Source: a candidate division WOR-3 bacterium (GTDB lineage Bacteria > Hydrothermota > Tepidihabitantia > Tepidihabitantales > Tepidihabitantaceae). Taken from it: DNA of 64,000 bases. A program made the translations under genes and the position numbers. Location of the stretch: NCBI GenBank assembly GCA_965649295.1, contig CBFGKH010000005.1:32001-96000 (forward strand), in the 5' to 3' direction. The notes under the pieces are model-generated. The model worked only from the letters and a program-made list of their open reading frames with translations, did not search any database and had not been told where the DNA came from. Below, piece after piece: positions 38,277 through 46,284 of this stretch (positions are counted from its first letter, which is position 1; every line of letters begins with the position of its first letter).

Positions 38277-39389
38277 CTAACGGCTTGTCTTTCCCTGTCT
38301 GGCTATCAGCTTCTCAAGCACCTGGGGTAGAGTAGTGTACTCCATGTCTTTCAGTCCCAGGCGATGTGGCTCGAATGGGCCATGGCGTCGCAGATAGTCG
38401 GCCTGTTGATTAGCCAGTTCGCGGGCCCGGTCGAATGACGGATCATCGAACATGTCGCGTGGTCCGACAAGCATACCCTGAGCAATCTGGAATCCAAGGG
38501 CAATCACGCGCGGCGGGCCATCAAACCGGGACGGCGTGGCCTTGGTCTGGGCTACCGGCATCAGCGGGCCGTAATGTGAGCCACGCATCCAGCCAGAGAC
38601 TGTGTGAGGGAACGCGAACGGTTCGAGCGCTTCACCAACTGCTGGCAGGCCGGCCTGGCACCGCACGATCATTACCGGGTCGTCTTTGCCGACGTAGCGG
38701 CCGGCAATCAGAGCGAGTTTCTGGGTCGAACTGGCAGCCGCAATCTCGCCCGACTTCTTATAGACGTTCTTGATGATGTAGTTCTCGGGTGAACCGATCA
38801 GCACCAGCAGGTCATACATCTCTTCTGGGCAGGATAGTATGATGTCGTTGCCCTTGTGCACGTCGTGGACTTCGAACTTGAATCCATCGTGCATTGATGG
38901 GTCAATCACCAGACCGATTGTGCAGAAGGGGTCAGCAAACATACGGAATAGTGGCATGTTCCATGCCCCGGGCGCGCACTTATCCCCGCAGAAGACGATG
39001 ACAGGCTCGGACTTGCGCTCGACAAAGGTCATCTCGGCGACGCCCGGGCCCATCCCGCGGACATTGCCGGAAAAGGCATCGGAAAGAATGTCTTGGCCCG
39101 CGCCATAGAGTCCGAGTTTGCGTGCAAGCTTGGTACCGGCAACGAAGACATCCCAAGCCAGTTTGTGGATGGCTTTGGAGTCATTGCCCTTGTTGTGGGT
39201 CATTATCAGTTCGAGGTCATCACCGACGCTCGAGACGTGGAAGTCAATGATCGTGCCGTTCTTCTTGGCAACTCCCAGATGCTTGCGGGCAAGCTCCAGA
39301 ATATCAGGATGGCTGGCCGAGTGGCCAACGTAGCCGCCGATATCGGCCTTGATTACAGAAATGGTCACTGGCTTGGTCGTGTTCTTCAT
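38277..39389 (-). CDS. fbp: Bifunctional fructose-1,6-bisphosphate aldolase/phosphatase (class V FBPase)
   Basis: SVIKADIGGYVGH, VGDD, LYGAGQD, YVGKDDP, GWMRGSH, RFDGPPR, GPFEPHRL, MEYTT; GGAGG before ATG 39389. Confidence 0.95.
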   Translation of the reverse strand: MKNTTKPVTISVIKADIGGYVGHSASHPDILELARKHLGVAKKNGTIIDFHVSSVGDDLELIMTHNKGNDSKAIHKLAWDVFVAGTKLARKLGLYGAGQDILSDAFSGNVRGMGPGVAEMTFVERKSEPVIVFCGDKCAPGAWNMPLFRMFADPFCTIGLVIDPSMHDGFKFEVHDVHKGNDIILSCPEEMYDLLVLIGSPENYIIKNVYKKSGEIAAASSTQKLALIAGRYVGKDDPVMIVRCQAGLPAVGEALEPFAFPHTVSGWMRGSHYGPLMPVAQTKATPSRFDGPPRVIALGFQIAQGMLVGPRDMFDDPSFDRARELANQQADYLRRHGPFEPHRLGLKDMEYTTLPQVLEKLIARQGKTSR

Positions 39390-39420
39390 CAGTTTGTCCT
39401 CCATGCAGTTGTAGATGAAG

Positions 39421-39449
39421 ACTATATGAAACTGCCGAACAGGAGTCAA
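39421..39449 (-). promoter_or_regulatory. Promoter for FBP aldolase/phosphatase
   Basis: TTGACT-N17-TATAGT. Confidence 0.7.
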
Positions 39450-39708
39450 GGACGGGCATATCTGGTGAGCTACTAGTCGAGCGAATCATTTGCTTTATGT
39501 TGGGCCGTATGGGTCCTGTCCAGCAGCAGCTTTCGGTCTGTCCAGCCGACCCAAGCCGACTGCTGGGACCGCGACACAAGGTGAGACGTGTCTCGAGATG
39601 CTGGCGAAAGTATTGTACGAGGTCTGGTCTGAAGCTGGGCCTGAGAGGCTATCGCCAGTCAGTTGCTGAGTTGCATGTATGGTCTTCTCCGAAGAGATGG
39701 AACAAATC

Positions 39709-39876
39709 CATAGGCAGGCCATTCTGCAGGCGCAATCTCAGTCGCCTCTGGTGAGGCATTCGGTGACCAGCTGGAGAGTTCGTCCGCAGACAGTCTTAGG
39801 GATGTCTTTCAAAACAGCGTGGGGAAGGGTTGGGGGAACTATTCCCGGGATGATACCCGGGATACCGTGCTAGATG
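39709..39876 (+). repeat. Degenerate 12-bp periodic tandem array (copy B, about 14 units)
   Basis: In-phase neighbouring units share GCAGGC, GGTGA, GGGGAA and CCCGGGAT; e.g. ATTCCCGGGATG ATACCCGGGATA. Confidence 0.6.
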
Positions 39877-39877
39877 C

Positions 39878-39910
39878 GTCTAACTTGTTGCTTCGTGGTG
39901 GGTTGCGCCG
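39878..39910 (+). repeat. Dispersed 33-bp arm-N6-arm site (copy B)
   Basis: GTCTAACTTGTTG CTTCGT GGTGGGTTGCG CCG; matches 12248-12280. Confidence 0.7.
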
Positions 39911-40189
39911 AAAAATCGGCGCAGACGATGGTCCAGTTAGGAGTCGAGAAAATCAACTTGCTGACTGTGTCCAATTCAGGTTCTGCTGGCCATTTCTCGT
40001 GCTCTCATACTGTGTTTGGCGCATATAATAATAAGGTGATTAAGGGTGCGGCTGCAGTTGGTCGCTGCCATGTTCTGACAGGCTACGTCGGTTTAATGCG
40101 AGAGCGTGACAGAGATAGCGTGCACCTGTTGACCAGAGCAGCGAATGGCGGCAGAATCCTTTCAGGGTGTCGAACCAAAGGAGTCCAAA

Positions 40190-41035
40190 ATGAGGCGAGC
40201 AGCAGTGATTCTGGCAGCGTTCGCGGTCGCTACGATGCTGCCGTCGTGTCAGAAGTATGATCCGGCCGCCGACCGGGCAGCGATTGAAGAATTGGTGCGG
40301 GCCGACACTGTGCACTTTGCTGCGAGCACGCAGCATGACTCAACCGGGTCTGGTTTCCTGGTGGACGGAGAAACGACTTTTGTTTGGTGGCGCGGCGCAC
40401 AGACGCACGATTCGGCCTTGGTTGTGGTATCGGTTGAGAAGGATTCAGCAACTGTCACTTGGGCGCGACACAATTACGGCTGGCTGAGTGTGCTGCTGTT
40501 ACGGTGGGGACAGCCAGCTGTAATCTGGAACAAGCCGCTCACCGAACTGGTGCAGCTCTCAGCAGTCTATGTGCGTGTTGGTAAACAGACTGATGAGGAC
40601 CGGGGTTGGCGGTTCCGAAGAATATCGCTTGCAGCCGGCAGGTCGGATTCGGTGAACACGGTGCGAATAGATTCGCTGCGTATCCAGAGCTCGCTCAAGA
40701 ATATTCTCATTACCAATCCGCTTGCTACCTACTATCGTGCCGACAGTCTTGTATCGTTCACGCCCGGCGAGCAGGTGACACTGACCCTGTACACCAATGC
40801 GACGGACGGAGTTGCTTTTCTGCACACTTTCATTCTAGCTTGGCCGTTCTACATCAGGTTGCGGTTCGAGGACGCTGGTAACGGTGTTTTTACCGGCACT
40901 TGGCATGCTCAGGGCTGGCCGTCGTTCCGGTTTGCCATCTTTGACCTGATGAGTCGTTCGAGCATCTATCAGGAGACCGGGCCTTATGACTTCAATGGCT
41001 GGCTATTCCCGTATCGGATACAGACGGCAAGGTAG
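40190..41035 (+). CDS. Hypothetical lipoprotein
   Basis: AAGGAG SD; MRRAAVILAAFAVATMLPSC lipobox; beta-rich mature part. Confidence 0.8.
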   Translation: MRRAAVILAAFAVATMLPSCQKYDPAADRAAIEELVRADTVHFAASTQHDSTGSGFLVDGETTFVWWRGAQTHDSALVVVSVEKDSATVTWARHNYGWLSVLLLRWGQPAVIWNKPLTELVQLSAVYVRVGKQTDEDRGWRFRRISLAAGRSDSVNTVRIDSLRIQSSLKNILITNPLATYYRADSLVSFTPGEQVTLTLYTNATDGVAFLHTFILAWPFYIRLRFEDAGNGVFTGTWHAQGWPSFRFAIFDLMSRSSIYQETGPYDFNGWLFPYRIQTAR

Positions 41036-41056
41036 CTAGTCTTCGGCAGGTGAACT

Positions 41057-41088
41057 GCTGGCGGCGGGCTTTTTGGCCCGCCGCCAGC
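41057..41088. terminator. Bidirectional hairpin between convergent genes
   Basis: 13-bp perfect stem GCTGGCGGCGGGC / GCCCGCCGCCAGC. Confidence 0.8.
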
Positions 41089-41106
41089 TCGTTGTCTTGC
41101 CCCGGG

Positions 41107-42489
41107 TTACTCGACCCAGTCGACGTCGGTGAGGCCGAGTTCCTCTCTGGTGACGTTGCCAATGACCACCATGACGTAGCGGTCAGGGTTGATGTGCGTG
41201 CGCGCCGCTGCATTTACTTCCTGGAGTGTTGCGGCATTGACCAGGCGTGGGTAGCGCTCGAGCCAGTCAAGGCCAAAACCGTTCAGTTCGATGCTGGCGA
41301 CCTGTTCGAGTTTGCCGGTACCGGAACTATAGGTCAGGGGAAAGGAACCGGTGAAGTAGCCCTGGGCGCGAACAAGTTCAGCTCGGGTCAGGCCGCTCTC
41401 GCGAATCCGACGGAGTTCGCCAAATATCAGCCGCAATGCTTCAGCCGGGCGATTGGTTTCAACTGAAGAGCGGAAAGCGCCCTGATAGCGAGTACGATCG
41501 AACCAGGCATTGACGTCGTAGGCCAGGCCGGCCTTCTCGCGAACAGCAATGCCCAGCCGGGAGGAGAGGGCCGAGCCGCCGAGAATGTAGCTCATCAGCC
41601 GGGTGGCGATCATGTCTGGAGCGGTGACCGTTGTCCCGGGATGGCCGAGCATGATACTGGTTTGGTTCAGGTCGGGTCGGGTGACTAACTTGATGCGAGG
41701 CCGGTCTGGCCAGTTCGGAGCTGGAACTTCGGGCTTTGCCACCGGTCTGGGCTGCCAGCTAGCGAACCGTCGTTCCACTGCGGCGAGCACGCTTTCGCGT
41801 TGGACATCACCAACGACGATCAGGAATGAGTTATTGGGAACCCAGTGCTCGCGATGAAACGAGATGATGTCTTCGCGGGTGATGAGGGGAATCGTTGTCG
41901 TGTCGCCGCCGTCGGGGGTAGCCTGTGGGCCGGAGCCGAAGAGCAGGCGGTTGAACTCAAGTCGGGTGCGCGCAGTCGGAAAGTCATAGGCACGGCGCAG
42001 GCCGTCGAGTGACTGGGCAAGGGCGAGCTTGAGTTCAATTGAGTCGAAAGTCGGGTGGAGCACCGCATCGGCGAGCAGATCAAAGGCAACCTCCTTGTCC
42101 TTGGCGAGGACGCGCAGTTGGAGCCGGGAGTTGTCGAGTTCGGCCCGCCCCGAAAAGCTTGCGCCGAGGAAGTCAACAATGCTGGTTACCGAATCGGCGC
42201 TCATTGAACTGGTACCACGTGTCATTAGGTAGGCAGTGTGATGAGCAACGCCAGCTCGACCAGTCGGGTCCGAGGCGTGACCAGAACGGCAGATGAGCGC
42301 GATGTCAACGAGCGGTTGACGGTGTTCTTCGTAGGTGAGTACGACCAGCCCTGAGGCAAGGGAGTCACGGAAGAGAGGAAGTGCGGTTGCAGGCGAAATC
42401 AGCATGCCGACTGCCGATGTCAAAGTGCACAGCGAGAAGATAGTGGACATGGGAATTCGGTAGCGGCGAACTTCAGTTCGGCTTCTCAT
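41107..42489 (-). CDS. M16 family peptidase, non-catalytic subunit (exported)
   Basis: M16 fold motifs, but HXXEH is replaced by HHTAY; ILGGSALSSRLGIAVREKAGLAY (R/Y pair); signal-like N-terminus. Confidence 0.88.
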   Translation of the reverse strand: MRSRTEVRRYRIPMSTIFSLCTLTSAVGMLISPATALPLFRDSLASGLVVLTYEEHRQPLVDIALICRSGHASDPTGRAGVAHHTAYLMTRGTSSMSADSVTSIVDFLGASFSGRAELDNSRLQLRVLAKDKEVAFDLLADAVLHPTFDSIELKLALAQSLDGLRRAYDFPTARTRLEFNRLLFGSGPQATPDGGDTTTIPLITREDIISFHREHWVPNNSFLIVVGDVQRESVLAAVERRFASWQPRPVAKPEVPAPNWPDRPRIKLVTRPDLNQTSIMLGHPGTTVTAPDMIATRLMSYILGGSALSSRLGIAVREKAGLAYDVNAWFDRTRYQGAFRSSVETNRPAEALRLIFGELRRIRESGLTRAELVRAQGYFTGSFPLTYSSGTGKLEQVASIELNGFGLDWLERYPRLVNAATLQEVNAAARTHINPDRYVMVVIGNVTREELGLTDVDWVE

Positions 42490-43823
42490 CTTGTCCCCTT
42501 GTCAGCAACTAGCCAGCCGACTGTCAGGTGATCAGGTTTCAGCCATGTTCGGCAGAAGTCACGTACCTGTTCGCGCGTGACCGATTGAATGCGGTCCGGG
42601 TATTCGACAAACCAGCGCCAGTTGCCGGTAGTGATGTGGCTCGCAGCCAGCAGGTAGGCAATATCTGATATGTCATCCCGTTCAAAGATATGATTGGCGA
42701 GCACTCGGTTCTTGACGCCCTGTAGTTCTCTTTCGCTTATGAGCTCAGTTCCCATCCGTCTGACCTCATCGGCCACTGCGGTTTCAATTGCCGGCATCAA
42801 GCTCTCGGCGCGGGGTGTAATGTGGATGCGAAGAAGACCCGGGTCGCGTTCGACCGAGTTCCAAGCACTGGCACTGGTTGCGAGACCTTGCTCTCTTACG
42901 AGTCGGCGATAGAGTCGGGATGAGCGGCCGTCACCGAGTACGGCGGCGGCGACTTCGGCCACATAGAAAAGTGAATCGCGGATGCCAGGGCTACGATAGC
43001 CCATTATGAGGCTCGGCACGTTGACCCGACGCCGGACAGTGACTCGACGCTCGCCAGACTGCTGTGGTTCGATGTCGTAGTAGTCAGTCCTGACAACTGG
43101 TCGCCCCTTGATCCGGCCAAAATACTTGCGGGCAAGGTTGAATACTCGTTCGGGCTCGACATCACCGGACACGACCAGCAGGGCGTTGGCCGGGTTGTAG
43201 TAGCGGGTGTACCAGTCGCGAACCGCAGCCGCGGTGAAGCGGGCCACGTCGTCGGGCCAGCCGATGGTGGGGTTACGTTGGGGATTGGCCAGAAACGCCG
43301 TTGCCTCAAACTGCTCCCAGAGAGCTGACGTAGGGCGATTGTCACCCAGCCTACGTTCCTCGGCAACTACCTGGTGTTCACTTGTGAACTCGGAATCGAG
43401 GATGACACAACTGCCCATTCGCGCAGCCTCGATGCGAAGCGCGAACTCCCAGCGGTCACTGGCAAAGTCCTCGTAGTATCCGGTGTAGTAGGTTGAGGTG
43501 AAGCCGTTGTTGCGGCCACCAGCCGAATCAACGATGCGGTCAAAGTCGCCAGGCTGGTAGATGTTTGTGCGCTTGAAAGTCATGTGCTCGAGCATGTGGG
43601 AAATGCCGGTCAGGCCGATTGGCTCATCATAAGAGCCGACTCGGTAGTAAACATTGGTGGAGACGACCGGTGCGGACGAATCAACATAGACGATTATCTC
43701 CAGGCCGTTGGCCAACCGGTGTTCGAAAACATGGGACGATAGGTTGTCTTCAGCCCGAGCTAGAGTGGCTGCCAGTAGCAGTGATATCCAACACGAGCCA
43801 GAACGCAGTGTTGCAGTCAACAT
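42486..43823 (-). CDS. M16 family zinc peptidase, catalytic subunit (exported)
   Basis: GISHMLEHMTF (HXXEH), NGFTS, VVAEERR; signal peptide ending ARA. Confidence 0.93.
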   Translation of the reverse strand: MLTATLRSGSCWISLLLAATLARAEDNLSSHVFEHRLANGLEIIVYVDSSAPVVSTNVYYRVGSYDEPIGLTGISHMLEHMTFKRTNIYQPGDFDRIVDSAGGRNNGFTSTYYTGYYEDFASDRWEFALRIEAARMGSCVILDSEFTSEHQVVAEERRLGDNRPTSALWEQFEATAFLANPQRNPTIGWPDDVARFTAAAVRDWYTRYYNPANALLVVSGDVEPERVFNLARKYFGRIKGRPVVRTDYYDIEPQQSGERRVTVRRRVNVPSLIMGYRSPGIRDSLFYVAEVAAAVLGDGRSSRLYRRLVREQGLATSASAWNSVERDPGLLRIHITPRAESLMPAIETAVADEVRRMGTELISERELQGVKNRVLANHIFERDDISDIAYLLAASHITTGNWRWFVEYPDRIQSVTREQVRDFCRTWLKPDHLTVGWLVADKGTR

Positions 43824-43989
43824 GATGTGTGCCTCGTATTAGGTTGGGATTGTCCTGAAAGAGCATAGCCGCTTGCCGTTGCGCTGCAAGTGGTGCCAGC
43901 AGACGGCCGGACTGGTAGTGGCATCTGTCTTCATCATCACTGCGATGGCAGTTTCTCAATCACGGGAGTTTGTCGTACCAGTTGGCGGC

Positions 43990-44017
43990 TTGACAGGCGG
44001 TCTGATTTGATTAGATT
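43990..44017 (+). promoter_or_regulatory. Promoter for exbB-exbD-exbD-tonB operon
   Basis: TTGACA-N16-TAGATT. Confidence 0.7.
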
Positions 44018-44065
44018 GAGATGAGGACCTGTAGTTCGAGACAAACCCTTTAAGGAGGACTGAAA

Positions 44066-44692
44066 GTGATACAGGAATTCAAAGACGGCGGCGGCATGAT
44101 GTGGTTCCTGCTCGCCTGTGCTGTCATGGGCCTGGCGTTGACGTTGGAACGGTTGTTCACTCTGACTCTGCGCCTGCCTCTGAATGTTAAGCGTTTCAGT
44201 CGCCAGCTCGTCGAAACCATCGACAAGCAGGGCGTGAAGGCCGGTATCGAGCTCTGTAACAAGACGCCGAGTCCGGCGGCTCGAGTACTGGCTGCGGCGC
44301 TGGCCAAGGTTGATCGCGGCAAGACCGCAATGGAGGATGCGATTGTGCTGGCCGGGGCGACTGAGCTTGCGTTCCTTGATCGCGGAATGGCACTGATTGC
44401 TGGTCTGACAACAGTCGCGCCTTTTTTCGGTTTTCTGGGCACTGTTACCGGTATGATTGGCGCATTCAAAGCAGTGGCAGCAGTGGGTGAGGTCGATGCA
44501 ACTGTCGTCGCGTCCGGTATCGCCGAGGCACTAATTACGACCAAGTGGGGCCTGATGGTCGCGGCACCGCTGGCGATTGTTCACATCCTGTTCCAGGGCC
44601 GTGTCAACGGCTATCTGCGGGACATGGAGACTGCCTCAAGTGAACTGCTTGATTTCCTGATTGCCAAGGGTGTGATTGGTAAGGAGAGCTGA
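44066..44692 (+). CDS. exbB: MotA/TolQ/ExbB proton channel protein
   Basis: APFFGFLGTVTGMI, GIAEALITT. Confidence 0.92.
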   Translation: MIQEFKDGGGMMWFLLACAVMGLALTLERLFTLTLRLPLNVKRFSRQLVETIDKQGVKAGIELCNKTPSPAARVLAAALAKVDRGKTAMEDAIVLAGATELAFLDRGMALIAGLTTVAPFFGFLGTVTGMIGAFKAVAAVGEVDATVVASGIAEALITTKWGLMVAAPLAIVHILFQGRVNGYLRDMETASSELLDFLIAKGVIGKES

Positions 44693-45120
44693 TGGCGCTT
44701 CGTCTCCGGAAGAAGGCCGCTGGTGCGCCGCCGAACATTCCGACGGCTTCGACCGGTGATATCGCTTTCCTGATACTCATCTTCTTCCTTTCCACCAGCG
44801 TTTTCGCCAAAGAGAAGGGATTGAAGATCGTACTGCCCGAAAAAGGTGAAGCAACGAAGATCAAGGCTGAGAACATCCTGCAGGTTGCCGTCAATCCCAG
44901 CGGTCAGGTCTTGATTGGCGACCGAGTCGTAGAGATTCCCGATGTGAAAGAGATCATCGTCGCCAAGATTGCCGAGAACCCTGAGTTGGCAATCTCACTG
45001 CGTGTCAGTCGTAGTGCTCCATACCACGTTATGGTTGATGTCTTTGACCAGCTCAAGCTGGCCAAAGCTGAACGCATCAGCCTGATACCGGTGCTCACCG
45101 AGGAAGGAGCGGCGCCATGA
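44692..45120 (+). CDS. exbD: Biopolymer transporter ExbD
   Basis: IPTASTGDIAFLILIFF (TM Asp). Confidence 0.92.
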   Translation: MALRLRKKAAGAPPNIPTASTGDIAFLILIFFLSTSVFAKEKGLKIVLPEKGEATKIKAENILQVAVNPSGQVLIGDRVVEIPDVKEIIVAKIAENPELAISLRVSRSAPYHVMVDVFDQLKLAKAERISLIPVLTEEGAAP

Positions 45121-45539
45121 AGCGCATTGCTCAGAAGAAGGCGTCGCGGTCAGAAATCCCCACCGCCTCGACCGGCGATATTGCCTTCCTGCTCATCATC
45201 TTCTTTCTTGTCGGCACGACCTTCCGCGTCACCGGCGGTTTCAAGGTTGTCCTGCCAACAGCTGAGTCAACCGAACGGATTCTGAAGAAGCGCAATGCTG
45301 AGAACGTTTGGATTGACAAGTCAGGTAGGATATCGGTTGATGATAACCTCGTCATGCTAGCTGGCGTGGCCTCGGTGATGGCCGAAAAGGTAATCCAGAA
45401 CCCCGACGTGGTTGTTGTGCTGCAGGCTGATAAGGACGTCCCTTATGGTTTTGTTACCGATGTTCTTGAGGCGCTTAAGGATGCCCGAGCACTGCGGGTT
45501 ACATTTGCCACTGGGTATCGGACCGGAGGCGGAGGATAA
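45117..45539 (+). CDS. exbD: Biopolymer transporter ExbD (second copy)
   Basis: IPTASTGDIAFLLIIFF, LQADKDVPYG. Confidence 0.92.
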   Translation: MKRIAQKKASRSEIPTASTGDIAFLLIIFFLVGTTFRVTGGFKVVLPTAESTERILKKRNAENVWIDKSGRISVDDNLVMLAGVASVMAEKVIQNPDVVVVLQADKDVPYGFVTDVLEALKDARALRVTFATGYRTGGGG

Positions 45540-45541
45540 CG

Positions 45542-46174
45542 ATGGAGTATCGAAGCGCGACTATTCACGCCCTTGAATGGGAGGACCGCTACTACGCTGT
45601 TGCTCTTCGATTGGCTACTGTTGTCGCTCTCGTCATTGTGACCGGTGCTTTTCTCATACTGCCCCAGGAGTTCGTTGTTCGGCCATACCAGTTGCGACGG
45701 TCGGTTGAGATGGTGATGGAGGACCTGCCACCGCAACTGGAGAAGATTGCCGAACCTCCCAAGGCGGTGAAGCCGGCGACAGTGCCGGTGGCGGCGACCA
45801 ATGAGGCCGAGATTGAACAGCAGACGATCGAGGCTACGACATTCCAGGAGGTAATCAAGCGAACTGAGGAGACCGACATTCCAGTAGTGCCGTTCTGGAA
45901 GGTCGAGATCAAGCCTCAGCCGATTGATATTCCGGTGCCCAAGTATCCGGAAATGGCGCGCAATGCTGGGATTGAGGGGCAAACAGTGGTTGAAGCACTT
46001 GTCAACACTGACGGCACAGTCGGTGAAGCTCGGGTGCTGAAGAGTTCGGGCAATCAGTCGCTTGACGCTTCGGCAATCGAAGCAGCAATGCGTGCACGGT
46101 TCACGCCGGCAAGACAGCGTGACAAGCCGGTGCGGGTCTGGGTTTCGATACCATTCCGGTTCACGCTGCAGTAG
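45542..46174 (+). CDS. tonB: Energy transducer TonB
   Basis: TM helix, Pro-rich linker, PKYPEMARNAGIEGQTVV...FTPARQ...VSIPFRF. Confidence 0.92.
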   Translation: MEYRSATIHALEWEDRYYAVALRLATVVALVIVTGAFLILPQEFVVRPYQLRRSVEMVMEDLPPQLEKIAEPPKAVKPATVPVAATNEAEIEQQTIEATTFQEVIKRTEETDIPVVPFWKVEIKPQPIDIPVPKYPEMARNAGIEGQTVVEALVNTDGTVGEARVLKSSGNQSLDASAIEAAMRARFTPARQRDKPVRVWVSIPFRFTLQ

Positions 46175-46284
46175 CGGAGGCGGCCTCAGGTTGAGGCAGA
46201 GGAGCAATGATAAAGCGTGGCTGGATGCGAGCCACAAGCAAAGAGGGTGGCAGAAGGCCACCAGAAAAGCAAAGGAGGAGTCTG

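Noticed and set aside
40018..40045. Possible chromosomal dif site GGCGCATATAA-TAATAA-GGTGATTAAGG
   Set aside because: The left arm resembles an XerC arm, but the normally well-conserved XerD arm (TTATGTTAAAT) matches only at TTAA. It is more simply a TATAAT -10 box for the lipoprotein gene. GC-skew position would settle it.
43830..44060. Cobalamin/TPP riboswitch or Fur box upstream of the TonB operon
   Set aside because: No recognisable conserved motifs, and the promoter leaves only a ~45-nt leader.
45443..46261. 272-aa minus-strand ORF
   Set aside because: Antisense to the well-supported tonB.
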